This document shows positions 26,961 through 39,620 of a DNA stretch of 64,000 nucleotides, piece after piece; positions within the stretch are counted from its first letter, which is position 1; each line of letters opens with the position of its first letter. The stretch spans positions 744,001-808,000 of the forward strand of contig CM074815.1 of the NCBI GenBank assembly GCA_037447605.1. The letters run 5' to 3'. A program made the translations under genes and the position numbers. The notes beneath the pieces are model-generated. The model was given only the letters and a program-made list of their open reading frames with translations, did no database searches and was not told the origin of the DNA. The DNA comes from Zygnema circumcarinatum SAG 698-1b. Its lineage: Eukaryota; Plantae; Zygnematophyceae.

Positions 26961-28140
26961 ACAGGCGCCACAGAAGGCTGGCCGTGCGACTGGGACGGGC
27001 GACCGGTGGTCGGTGCAGGGAACGGCTGGCGAACAGCTGTGGAACTGCGACGGGCGGACGAGCGGACAGGCAGCATGGAGTGCCGTGCTAGAGCGATCGT
27101 TGTCTCACACTCAGGATATGGGACATGGGAGATGGGCGATGGGACGGAGAGTGAGGTGGGTGGAGCTTAGTACATGGATGGCAGCAGAAGGAGGGAGGGC
27201 CAAGGCACTTTTGGGGGTAGCGAATTGGGATATTTGTACTTGATGGGGGGTAGAGGCTTGGGGATGAATGAGGGAGCAACAACCTTTGGGGGATTGGTGT
27301 CAAAGTGAGAGTTTAGTGGTGCAATCACTGTCTTGGGTTGTGGCCAACATTGTCTTGACAGTCCCTCTTCGCCGCTCTCTACCAACAGTTCATATCCGTC
27401 GCTTTGGTCCTTTGTTACCTTTCTCGCAGTCGTCCTTCACAATAACCATTTCCTATGTACTTCCAATGGCTATTCAATACTAGTTTATGCTTTCTTTTGG
27501 CCACCGCTTGTCTATGTCGTAAGCCATGGACGCCATGTTGTAGAACAATGGATCGTTGTGAGATCAAAATCCCAAATCCAGTTCCTCAAACAACAAATTA
27601 GGAACCATTTGTTTATCTCTGCCATGCTGCAAAGCCCAATGGGGCTCGTGAGATAAAGAGAAGCAAAGCAAAACAAAGGCTATATTTGAAGGAAACAAGG
27701 TTACAGGTCAAGACCCAGTCATGAGATTTTCACATTTCCATGGCATGGAAACGACAGTTCCGTTCCGTTTCCGTTCCATTGCCGTTCTGTTTCTCCCGTT
27801 AGCCATTGGCAGCCTCAAGTCGCCACGTCGACGAGGGAGTGTCCACTTGGCGCTCCCTCCGCAGGCCATGTGGCGCTTCCGACGGCCGACACGTGGCGCT
27901 TCTTTCTCGCAGACACGGCCGGCTCTCCGCCCGCCATGGCGACCTCCAAGCTCCGAGCCCTCCTCCTCCCATGGCGGAGGGCTCTGCCCAAAGTCCGGTA
28001 GCGCCATTGCCGGCCTAAAAGCGGAGGGGTCGTTTTGGAGCAGAGAGGAAGGTGGCAAATTTAGGGTTTCAAGTTTATTTAGGGTTTGCAGAGAACAGGA
28101 GAGACATGGGGTAGAGAAAATAGGTTTAATGGAGGGAGCT

Positions 28141-28461
28141 ATGGCGGCTTCTGGCTCCCGGCCACGGTTACTCTGCAGCTGGGTGCACGGATCAGGAGCA
28201 TTTAACGCTTCCATTACCAGTTTCAGTTCCAGTTCCAGTTACAGGTGGGCTTGTCAGAGCACAGAAGTACTGAGAGGGAAGGGAGCAGCTCGACAGGGAG
28301 GGAGTGGCTGTGGGAGCTCGTATGTTGCAGTTCAGCAATTCAGAAGCTCTGCGCAGTGCTACCTTCCAGTTGAAGGAGGGGCAAAACCTTCAGCAGGTAA
28401 TGGAGAATGAGCCGTCGGGTATAGATGAGTATATGTATAAAAACACAAGTATAGGTGTATG

Positions 28462-28515
<54 letters not shown>

Positions 28516-30303
28516 CATATATGTATAACCATATTCAATACCATTTTCTTTTGAAAGGAAACCTTACTCTGTGTCCTTAAATATGGACGATAACCACTGA
28601 GTGGTGCAAAAACTCAACCAGTTTATCGGAAAGCCAAAAGACGTAAAGAATGACATGTTGACGCTTCCCCCCAGTATGGAATTTTTTTTGTAGAGTGACA
28701 TCATGAGTGATTTTGTGCAGCATCGCGCGGTAAAAGGCTTCTGGAAGCGAGCCAGGCTGCAGCTTCCAAGAAGTCGCAGGGTATGGTGCTGTACTTAGCA
28801 GCTCTGGTGGTGGCCATGGTCGGCGCCTCCTATGCAGCAGTGCCCCTTTACCGCATGTTCTGTCAGGCAACCGGGTTCGGGGGAACAATACAACGTCGCG
28901 AGGTTTGTGAAATTTAGGGTTTGCAGGGTTTGCAGGTTTTCAGGGTAGTGAAGGCAAGGGTTTTTGGCGTTTAGCCGTGTGTTTTAGGCAGGTTACTGGA
29001 ATCAGTGCAAGTAGTTGAAGGGGTTGTTTTGGGGAATTGGGCTGTGGAAAAACAGAGTGTGGAGGAGAAGATAGCTCGGCACGGGACGGAAACTGCAGCA
29101 AGGTTAGATGGCCTGCATGGAGCTGGAATGGGGGGTGCAGCAGAGGCGAAATCTGCTGCTTGGCGAAATTCAGATTTGAATTCAGATTTTTTAGGCTGAA
29201 TTCAACTATGGGCTTTTGATGTCTAAGTTTCGTGTTCGGTTTGTTGCAGACCGCGTGAAATTGTCGTTTACTTTAATGCTGACGTGGCAGATGACATGCC
29301 TTGGCGCTTTCTGCCAAGCCAACGCGAGGTAACAAAAATTTTTGTGCCGCTTTTTCTGAAGCTCTAAACTGTAACATGGAAAAAAATGCACCACATTTTA
29401 GAGGGGAAGGAACAGGTGGAAAGGGAGGAGGGAGGGAGATCGGAAGGGAGAGGGAAAGGAGGAGATGGAGAGTGGGAGGGGGGGAGGTAGGCGGAGCATT
29501 AGCGAAGGCAGCGGAAATATAGAGAGGAAAGGAGTGGGGAGAGTGAATGGGCGGAATCAATGAGTGGGAGCGAAAAACAGGGAAGAGATATATGGAGGAA
29601 AGGAGCTTCATCAATGTGCTCTTACATTGGCATGATGACTGGAGACACTCTCACTTAGACTCTTATCTGATTTATTCAACATTTGCCCCTGTTTTTTACA
29701 AAACTGTTGGGTCACTAAGATTGCTTCGTTTCATTGAAATCTTACATTCCTTTCTTTTCCTATACCCTTTGCTGTATCTTCTTCAGGTGGTTATACGGCC
29801 TGGACAAAGCACTTTGGCCTTCTATACAGCCCATAATAGGAGCAATCGGCCAATCACAGGGATTTCTACGTATAATGTGACCCCCTTAAAGGTGAAATTT
29901 TGGGCCTTGAAAGGGGAGGCTGGGTGGTGGCGAAGGAGGGACTATTTCTGGGGTATATGGAAGCTTTTTGTTTCCAAAAATTTGGGGAAAAAGGGGCTGC
30001 AATTCATAGAATGTAGTGTGGCATCTTACAAGTGTGGGCTGTACTTGCAATTTTATATATTTTATTTTATATTTTATTTTATTTTATTTTATTTTGTATG
30101 TCTGGGAGGGGGAGTGAGTGCAGGCTGGAGCTTACTTCAATAAAATTCAGTGCTTCTGTTTTGAGGAGCAACGACTGAGGGCGGGGGAAAAACTGGACAT
30201 GCCTGTAAGTAGCCTGTGGGGGGTGAGGGAGGATGGGGGAGGTGGGGAGGAAGAGAGAAGATATGTTCGTACAGGGAAAGCGCATACGAGAGAGAGAGAG
30301 AGC

Positions 30304-30338
<35 letters not shown>

Positions 30339-30681
30339 GGGAGCAAATGGGAGGGAGGGGCCCACAGATTCTATAGAGCTGACTCCTTCTCCAACCAGTG
30401 AGAGTATCAGACTTGGAAAAGCTTCACATTTTGGGAATTTGAAATCAGTACACGCTCTCCCTCGACATTAGTAACAACGAAATATAAAGCACTCCCTTAA
30501 ATGCAAAATTCTTATCATTTTTTTCTAGTCTGAAACCAACTATTGTGTTTGCTTGCAGGTGTTTTTCTACATCGATCCGGAATTCGCCACTGACCCAAAA
30601 ATGAAGGATGTCAACTCTCTAACTTTGTCATATACATTTTTTAGAGTGGACGACGATGAGGAGAGTGAGAGCTCTCAGTAG
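28141..30681 (+). CDS. COX11: Cytochrome c oxidase copper chaperone COX11. Exons 28141-28396, 28721-28902, 29056-29102, 29250-29328, 29787-29891, 30124-30204, 30559-30681 (~290 aa)
   Basis: [61 protein letters not shown] (CFCF copper motif) and VFFYIDPEF. All splice phases agree. Confidence 0.97.
28466..28525. repeat. (TA)n microsatellite in COX11 intron 1
   Basis: Directly visible. Confidence 0.95.
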
Positions 30682-30823
30682 CGCCGCCCCTTGTAAAAAA
30701 AAGTATGAGCGATTGGTCAATATTGAAATCGCAGATATCTTTTGCCCCCTTAATGTTCCATGTAAAATTGACTCTTTCTATGAACTTGAGAACTCTATAC
30801 CGATAATCTCTCCCCCCCTCTCC

Positions 30824-30854
<31 letters not shown>

Positions 30855-31981
30855 ACTCTTTCTCTCTCTCTCCTCTTTCTCTCTTTCGCATTTTGAGGCA
30901 AACGAATGGAGCTCCGTTTGGACGATAGGTTCAAATACATTATTACACAAGGCTCGGAGCCTTCCCAGTCGTGGAAGTAAAATCAGCCCCTCCTCCGACT
31001 GCAATAATGTTAACTACAGCTCATCAAAAAATTATGAGCCATTAGACTTTTCTCAAAAACATTTCAAAAAAGTCACAGTTATATTTCAAGAGCAGGCGAA
31101 GGGGGTCGACACCATTCAGCAGCAAATAACTGTTTGAAGCCAATGCTGGCAGGCATAGATTCTCCAACTCTTTCACTGCCAAACATGCTTTTTCTAAGCC
31201 ATGGGGATCCGAGCTCTTCCCATGCAGGGCAAGCATGGAGCCGAGTGAAGTCAAACATAGAGGAGGGAAGGGGCAGGAGAAATTGGTTTACTGCTGGAAA
31301 ATGATGGCTCGCATTCATTGCAATGGCTGGCAACCATTGGATTCAATGGTTCGAACCATCGGCAATGGCTGGCAACCATTGGTTTCAATGGTTCGAACCA
31401 TTCACAGATCGGACCATTAGACAAACCAGTCGACTGGTTGGCAACCAGTGGTTGCGGACCGAAACAACCATTCGACTGGTTGGCAACCAGTGGTTGCGGA
31501 CCGAAACAACCATTCGACTGGTTGGCAACCAGTGCCGCCGGATCGAAACAACCATTCGACTGGTTTGGAACCAGTGGATGCCACTGGTTGGCAACCAGTC
31601 GAATGGTTGCCAACCAGTGGCATCCACTGGTTGGCAACCAGTCGAATGGTTGCGAACCAGTGGCGCAGGACTGAAACAACCATTCGACTGGTTCGGAACC
31701 AGTGATCCAATGGTTGGCAACCATTGAATTTCTGAAATTATGCCTTTTTGCAAAGATGGGTCGTTTGTGTTTTTTGGTTGGTTGCCAACCGTTGACAACT
31801 AGTGTAACAAGCCTGATGGGTACAGATGCGTACGAATTCGTACAGAAGAATCGTACGGCTGTACGGGGATTCTGTACGGCGAACCGTAATAGTTTTCTCC
31901 GAAACGCCGACGGCATTTTGGTAACTGTAGCGTTCAGTTCGCTACAACTAGTGATTTAATGGTTGCCAACCATTTGATTTA

Positions 31982-32466
31982 CAGTCTAATCACGTTATAG
32001 TGTCCATGTCGGTCCCCACACATTTGTGTCACTATATCGGTAATGACCCGTTTGTCATTTCACATTTATAGTAACAATGTTATTACATATGTTTTTGCGG
32101 TATATCCGTACGACTTTGATACCGTACATTGTACTTTTTGGGCAGTCGTCACGTGGGTAGGTGTGTACGAACCCTAGTGAGCATGTGTACGGACAACTTG
32201 ATATGTACGGTCAAGTCGATATCTGACGATATTAGTCGATAATGTGTACGGTCGTAAATATATTTGTAACGCATATTCCAATACGTGGGTGGATAATATC
32301 GACATTTTGAATATATAGTAACAATCAGGGTTTTTCAACGTCATTATATCCGTAATGGCGTCACTACTGGCGCAGGATCTGCAGTGGTGCAATTCCGTTC
32401 CCGGAAAAAAAGTCAGTATATCCATGCTGTTATTATAAACAGTGTCACTATAACGTGATTAGACTG
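31982..32466. mobile_element. Tc1/mariner-type MITE (485 bp)
   Basis: Perfect 21-bp TIR CAGTCTAATCACGTTATAGTG (31982-32002 and 32446-32466), flanked by TA on both sides. Confidence 0.9.
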
Positions 32467-32501
32467 TAATGGATATAACCATTCGACTGGTTGTCGACTG
32501 G

Positions 32502-32845
32502 GCCCCGGAAGCCCTCCTCCGGCGATCTTGGCTACCTTTTATCGACAACGTATTTCCGTCGCCCTTCAGCGTTGCCTCGCTTCTACGCTACTTCGGCGTG
32601 CTGCAGTTGTTGGTGACCGTGTTGGTGGACTTCCGCCGCTCCCTCCTCGCGACGTGCCTCACATCGGTGACCTTCGCGGCTGCTTCTAGGGCTGCGTTGT
32701 TGTGCCTAGGCGTAGTTTTCCGCTCCTAGCTTCGTTTTATTGTGTTTCGGTCCTTTGTGACCAGTCCTTCGTGGTTCCACATTTTGCCTTTATCCATGTA
32801 AATTTGATGGCCTCGCCATCGCGAGTTCAATGAAAGTTTGCGTTG
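32502..32845 (+). mobile_element. 5'-truncated 3' fragment of the CRE-like retrotransposon
   Basis: Nearly identical to ~13911-14245. The same ORF tail (SWLPFIDNVFPSPF...LGVVFRS) appears twice in the ORF track. Confidence 0.92.
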
Positions 32846-33200
32846 CCAACCAGTGCCGCCAGATCGAAACAACCATTCGACTGGTTGCCAACCAGTGGTT
32901 GCGGACCGAAACAACCATTCGACTGGTTGCCAACCAGTAGACGTCCAACCATTGCCATCCAATGGTTGTCCAATGGTTGCCGATCCACTGGTCCGAACTG
33001 TGGAACCATTGCAATGGCTGGCAACCATTGGATCCACTGGTTCGAACCATTGGCAATGGCTGGCAACCATTGGATCGAATGGTTGATCCAATGGCCCGAC
33101 CTGTTATCTTCAATCTGTGTCCCGAAATATTGTATCGTATCGTATCGGGGGTTTAACTTAAAATATCGTACACCCGAAATCATCCTCACTAGCAACTTTG

Positions 33201-33605
33201 CACAGTTCGGACCAGTGGATCGGCAACCATTGGACAACCATTGGATGGCAATGGTTGGACGTCTACTGGTTGGCAACCAGTCGAATGGTTGTTTCGGTCC
33301 GCAACCACTGGTTGCCAACCAGTCGAATGGTTGTTTCGGTCCGCAACCACTGGTTGCCAACCAGTCGAATGGTTGTTTCGGTCCGCAACCACTGGTTGCC
33401 AACCAGTCGAATGGTTGTTTCGGTCCGCAACCACTGGTTGCCAACCAGTCGAATGGTTGTTTCGGTCCGCAACCACTGGTTGCCAACCAGTCGAATGGTT
33501 GTTTCGGTCCGGCGGCACTGGTTGGCAACCAGTCGAATGGTTGTTTCGGTCCGCAACCACTGGTTGCCAACCAGTCGACTGGTTTGTCTAATGGTCCGAT
33601 CTGTG
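33201..33605. mobile_element. 405-bp non-autonomous TIR element of the same family as 31403-33002, in opposite orientation
   Basis: CACAGTTCGGACC...GGTCCGATCTGTG termini. 8-bp TSD caactttg at 33193-33200 and 33606-33613. The interior is ~7 copies of the 42-bp unit. Confidence 0.9.
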
Positions 33606-34225
33606 CAACTTTGTCATGTGCATGTCACATGAAAGGGGTCCTCCATGTTGCCCATTTCCATACATCTTGCTAGAAGCAGAGTTCCACCCAAAGCTTTTCT
33701 TTGCATCCCTAGGTCCTTTGTTGTTGTTGTTGTTATTCGCCATGTACAATTTCATGGCATCGCCATCATGAGACCAATGCCAATTCACATGTCTATCCAC
33801 ACGCCGTTGTTGTGCCATGGTTGGCCACACTCCATTCTTGAGCTAACAGCCCAATGCAGAACTTGAAGCAGAAGCCTCTGCACATAGCACAGAGTTTTTT
33901 ACTCATTTGCTTAAAGCCCCACTTTGCATACACTAATGATGTGTGTGAATTTCTTCCCTTTCAATCAGAGCAGTTGCGCATTTGGCCATCACAAGACGTC
34001 AGCTGCGCAGTGGGCAGGACCCAATTACAGCAAAGCCTCTCAGTGGCATATCCAAGACAGGTAAAATTTGCATCGATCCAAAACTCTCCTTCTCCATCTC
34101 CCTCCGCAGATCTTAGCCTCCCTCTCCCCTCTCCCCTCTCCCCTCTCCCCCTCCCACTCCCACCCCCTCTCCCTCTCTCTTCCCTACACCTCCCGCGCAC
34201 CCCTCTCCTTACCCCCTTTCAGGCC

Positions 34226-34973
34226 ATGGCTGCCCTGCGTGTCCCTCTCTTGGGCGGCCACGTGTCGCACTCTCAGGCGCTTTCCAGGCCTTGCTCTGCG
34301 GCGAGCCTCCCTTCCATGGCTGGTCTGCGGCGAGTCCTCCCTCAGCGCGAAGGAGGGGGTAGCCGGAGCAGCAGCCATGGCGGTCGGCCCTCTCTCCCTG
34401 TGAGAGCGCAGAGCGGCTGGAGGGAGGAAGGGGGAGCAGCTGCTTTTTTCGGAGGCCCTCAGTGAGCTGCTTCCCCTGCCTTGCAGGAATTCCATTTCAG
34501 TTTCAGTTTCCTCCTTTGCTTCGTTTCTTCTTTCCCTTTCCCTTCTCCGCCCTTATATGAAGGTAGTTTGGGTCTAGCTTGCAGTTTTTTTTCTTGAAGG
34601 CTTAAAAGCCCTGTGATATACTCTCAGAAGATGCTGAAACTGCCAAAGCTCCCTTTAAATTGAGAAGCTCAGGGAGGAGCGGATTGATCCCTGTCAATGT
34701 GCAGGATGAAGCTGCCATTTGAAGTACAGCTGAAGGTTCGTGACTATGAGTTAGACCAATATGGAGTGGTCAATAATGCAGTCTATGCCAATTACTGTCA
34801 ACATGGTGAGATAGTTCCTTCTTTCAAACACAATCTTATACTAAGAGTGTATATTTCGTACATGGTTCTGGAACGAGAGTCACTAAAGAGCACCCAAACA
34901 TAGGCTGGGGTCCTTTGATCAAGGAGTCCAGCATTGCAGTTTAAGGCTCATGTTAGTTTTCTACTTTTGTATT

Positions 34974-35012
<39 letters not shown>

Positions 35013-36386
35013 GAGGAAAAGAGAGAGAGAGAGTGTGAGAGAGAGAGAGAGATGTTAAAACCAGCTTCTTTGACAGTCGTGGAGCATTGGAAAGTCTACG
35101 GGGTCTACAAAACGTTGAAAGGTTAGAAGAGGGGATGGGATTTTTTGTTCGGAGGTATCCTGTTTTGCTAACTTTGCCCGTTCTTCCTGCAAGCGGATCA
35201 GGAAACGAACCCAATTTTGACCAAGCAGTGGGTTTCTTGAAAAAAATTTAGGTTTCTTGGTCGTTGGTTAACCAAATTGTCGATCATTTTGTGCAGTTCG
35301 TCATGAGCTTTTGGAGGCTATTGGCATCACAGCCGACTCGTTTGCAAGAAATGGAGAGGCGTTAGCACTGTCCGAAGTTTCCTACAAATATCTCGGAGCA
35401 CTCCGGGTATTGTTTTCCTAAACCCAAGACTTCTACAAGTTGCCCTAAGAACATAAGAAGCAGAAGCGATTCGTGGCTTGTTGTGAAGAAACAGAGCATA
35501 GTACATTTTTTCCCTCGCGATATAGTGCATCTGGGAGAGGGAGAGGACGGCGTCAGGTTCTAAGGCCACTGCGAAGGAAAGAGGGGGGTGGGGGGGGTGG
35601 GGGGGGGAGGGGAAGGGGGAGGAGGGACGGCGGGGGTGGGTGGGAGAGCATGGGAGGGGTGTTGAAAGAGGCGGAGGGAAGGAGTGAGGGAGAGAGGAAG
35701 GCGAGGTATGGGAGATGAAATTAGAAAGAGGGAAGAAAGGAGTGGAAAGGAAAGTGAGGTAGGGACAGGCCCGGCATGACAGACGGGCATGGGAAAAGTA
35801 GGAAAGGGAGGTAGTTTGGAAAGGAAAGAGGAAGGAGGGACTTTAGGGAAGGGGAATTGAGGCAGAGCCCAGCATTTACATTTTTTAATCGGGGCAGAGA
35901 ACACGGGCGCAGGCAGAGTGGTGAAGAGTTCATTGTGACCGCTCGCATGTCGGGATCATCCCCTGCACGAATTTTTTTTGAACACTTCATTTATCGCCTC
36001 CCTAGCAGAGAGGTGAGGATTCTCCTTCCCCTCCCCAATTTCCTTCTCACTCTTCCTCCCCTCCCTCTCATCCTTCCCTCCCTCTCCTCACTCTTGCTCT
36101 CTCTATTTCTCTCTTCCGCCCCCTTTCAACCTCAACCTTTCTCGACCTCAATTCAAAATTTCCCGCTTGATTCAAGCAGTGAGTGAATGTGATGGCGTTC
36201 AAGTTATGGACCCGTGTACCTTGCTTTCTGAATTGATGGAGAATTGTGACACTTCATTTTCAAATGTATGTGCAGGTGGTATTGGAGGCCAAGGCGACAG
36301 TTGTCTTTCTTGACAAAAACTACAAACCGAACCGAGTGCCGGTGGAGTTAAAGTCAAAGCTGACCATGTTTTTGCGGAACCAATAA
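34226..36386 (+). CDS. Acyl-lipid/acyl-ACP thioesterase of the ALT (single hot-dog, 4HBT/YbgC-like) family with a probable transit peptide. Exons 34226-34461, 34705-34805, 35297-35406, 35917-36012, 36276-36386 (~217 aa)
   Basis: [26 protein letters not shown]|[10 protein letters not shown]...[15 protein letters not shown]|[26 protein letters not shown]...|[18 protein letters not shown]. Phases agree. Confidence 0.95.
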
Positions 36387-37907
36387 TGCAAAAACCTTCT
36401 CTCCTTATCTTGCTTTCTCCTCCGCTTATTTCTGGAAGGGCGAAAACCCTAGAGGCCTTAAAGGATATAAAGGACGATTCTTTCTCCCGCGAGCGGGGAG
36501 AGAGGAGCAGGGTGAGTGAGATAAGAGTGTGCTCAAGCAGTGTTTTTGAAAGAGGTGGTTTTTTGGTCTCCTTTATTAAGATGGGGAATCAGAACTGATG
36601 TTGTGCCTACATTGGCGCCATCTTCTTTTGCGATTTCAATGTGAGAAAATGTGCGTAGCAAGAAAGGAGGGGGGGGGGGGGGAATCTTGACTGGGGAGAG
36701 AGAGAGAGAGAGGTAGGTCAGGAGAGTAGGTCAGGCAGAGATGTCTCAATGTGAGATTCTAAAAACGAAATAGCATCTGATTATTTTGTACATTTTTTCC
36801 TTCTCTCCATTCTTTAGGAGCTTGTACTCCTGGCTTTGCTCGTGTCCTTCTGACCGGTCAATGTCTTTCAGTACTTGAATTCAACACAAAAGAAAATAAG
36901 AGGCGGATTAACTCCGCGTGCGTTGCCTATGGGGTGAATATTAAAACTAAATAGTAAATAATACAGGAAAATGCTAATAACAAGATAATATAGTGGCAAT
37001 CGGGCCATCCCAACTACATGGTGGAGGGGTTGTGCTCCGTCGGTCTCCATTAGAGATACGCATTTTGTGTTATTTCATTTTGATTTTGATCAGATTCAAA
37101 GGTATGCTTTCAGGAATTCTATTTGGGCTTGAAATGAATCAGGATCAACCTGTCAAATTCTAGCTAAAGACCTATTCAATGGTGGGTAAAGGAAGCAAAC
37201 TGGAGATTAGATCTGCATGGAGCATCAATGGCATGATATGTAGACTTCAATTTCAAAAGTTCCGCACTCTTGGAATTCTATACAGTACATGCTTCTCGCG
37301 AAATAAGTCATAAGAGCGAAATTCCGAAGCACCTCCTTCAAAACAGACTCTACACCGACGTTTTCACATCTGAGAGAATGATGCGGCATTGATCTCACGA
37401 TGGCGATGATGGCATCAAATGCACATGGACAACAGCAACATGGGGAACCACGAGGAAGTGGTAAAAAAGGACCTAAGGACGATAGAAAAAAGCTACGAGA
37501 TAAAATCCCCTAATACAAGGAAACAATTTTTGCAATCAACGTCAATCAATCGCCAAATGGCATGCTCTTATTTATACACGTGGCAAACCACGTCCTTTTT
37601 AACAGTGTGACGTTGTCAACCACATTCTGTCACCTCTACCTCAAAACCTTTTTCAGACAGTTAGGGTAAGGAAGGATAGCACTATGCACCATAGAAAAGC
37701 TCATTGAACACAATTGCTTACAAGCGAAATGCCAGAATTCAGTACTTAATGCTGACTACCCCCCATACTCCTCCCCAATATTCACACATGTAAAAAAAAA
37801 AAAACCTCTTCCTCGTTTTCAGCACTCTCCTCCTCTCACTCCTCTGTACAAGACAAGTCTATCTATAAGCCCAAACATATTTGCATGGCATGATTCAGGA
37901 TCTTGAC

Positions 37908-39620
37908 CTAACGAGTCGGAGGGGGCCCTACTATGACCACCATATAGACGAACAGGCCCACAATCACTCCAAAGCCTGCATATGTGAACTTGGGATTCGT
38001 CCAGAAATTAAGGGCAGATTTTTCCGTTCGCCGGAAAGAGTCCACCTCCTCCATAAGGGAGAAGTTCGACTGCGGCGGCGAACGACTTACATATTTTTCC
38101 ATAAACTGGAAGGGGCCCTTCTTCGGGGCCATTCCTTGCTGCGACTTGAAAGACTTCCATTGTTTATCCCAATCAACAGACGGCCCCTTACCTGCAAGTC
38201 ACACAAGGCACATCTACGAGAATTCAGGAGAGAACAACTGCTGCTAAACATAACTGCCACTACTCCCCCCTCCCCCTTTCTTTTCCCCCTTCCCTATACC
38301 TCCCTTGGTTTCACCTCATATTCTTTGTATCTGATGAGCACACTAATAAGGCATGCATGTTCAAGCTCTGTTATCCTTTATGTCAGAATCGGTATGAAGG
38401 AATGGCATGAATACACTACGCACATACCCTTGCTGGGCTCATTCTCCTTGTTGCTTGAAGCACGTACTAAGGGTCCTTTCTGAATCTTTCTCGGAATGAC
38501 AATATGGCTGCTGTCATGCCTACGCGGGCGACCCTGCAATAGAGCAGATTTTGGCATAAGGTTAAGGAAGTGCACTTCAGCAAATGATGGGGAAAAACGA
38601 GCGTCTGGTATACCAGCAAAAACGTCAAAGACGAAGAAGGACTGGAATAACGACCACCAGAAAATCGTTCAAGACACAATTGGACTCAGACAACAGACGC
38701 TTTCATGCAAAGTAAATCTAAACTTCTAAAGCTTTTCATTGCGTATGCAATTGGTAATTAATTCACTTTTCATTGAAGGGGATCAGACCCCTTGTAAAAA
38801 GCAAAAAGACTATAACCAAGTTCCTGCCTTTATCCGTTCTTTTCCAACGCCTCTCCCTCCCCTCCCTCCCACCCTCCCTCCCTCCCTCCCTCCCTCCCTC
38901 CCTCCCTCCCTCCCTCCCTCTCACCTCCACTCTGCTCTCTATCAAATCTCCTCTCTGCACCTATTCTATCCTCCCTCCCCGTCACTTCACTCCCTCGCGC
39001 CCTCCACTGCTAGTCTTTCTCTCCCTCTCATTTTTCGTCCCTCCGTTTCCCTATGACCCCGATTTCCCTTTATTTTTAACTGCTTCCTTCCCCACAAGAT
39101 TTGACTCTACATTTTCCCTTGCGCAGATCGCAATTAGACTTGGAATAGCTTTTAGAAAAATCCAGGAGCAATTTAAACCGTTCTGAACGATTAACGACAT
39201 GGAATAATTTCAGAGAAATTTCCAAAGAGCATGGCATTTGCCCTCTGCAGCATGAAATCCATCATTGCACCGATGACAAGAGATAGGCCTTCACGATTGA
39301 TCTCTAAAGCGCGTAGGAGGAAGCAGGAGAAAAAGACGTAGTAGCGAATTGCAGAAGTGAAGGGCGAGGGCCGATGCAGGACAATTAAACCATCATTTCA
39401 CTTTAAAATTAGTCATTTGCCGCAGACTCCGAACATTACCTTCTGAGAATCCATCCTGCTCACAGAAATGAATTCCAAATCATAGCCTCCAGCGTTGCTG
39501 GATTCAGACACAGAAACAGCAAGCGCAATCACAACTGAATTTGGAACTTACTCCCTTGCTGCTCATCCAATCCCTCTGTCCGTGGAGTCCCAGCTTCCCT
39601 TGAGCAGTAATGGAAGCCAT
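37908..39620 (-). CDS. Small putative plastid-targeted single-TM protein. Exons 39620-39552 (tentative), 38533-38428, 38191-37908; intermediate exons are possible
   Basis: Spliced VRASSNKENEPSK|GKGPSVDWDKQWKSFK...YVSRSPPQSNFSLMEEVDSFRRTEKSALNFWTNPKFTYAGFGVIVGLFVYMVV, with a C-terminal hydrophobic helix. It resembles a conserved plant DWDxxW protein (from recall). Confidence 0.7.

Larger units (their letters stand above)
31403..33002. mobile_element. Non-autonomous TIR element (hAT-like by TSD length) with 42-bp subterminal repeats and nested insertions
   Basis: Ends CACAGATCGGACC...GGTCCGAACTGTG (13-bp TIR, 1 mismatch). 8-bp TSD gaaccatt at 31395-31402 and 33003-33010. Confidence 0.85.

Noticed and set aside
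31403-31428. RSS-like look of the TIR (CACAGAT-11 nt-ACAAACC)
   Set aside because: Only a partial match, the 8-bp TSD does not fit Transib/RAG (5 bp), and no transposase is present; probably coincidence.
31400-33600. 42-bp repeats as a CRISPR array
   Set aside because: The units are head-to-tail with no unique spacers, there are no cas genes, the context is eukaryotic, and TIR/TSD structure explains them.
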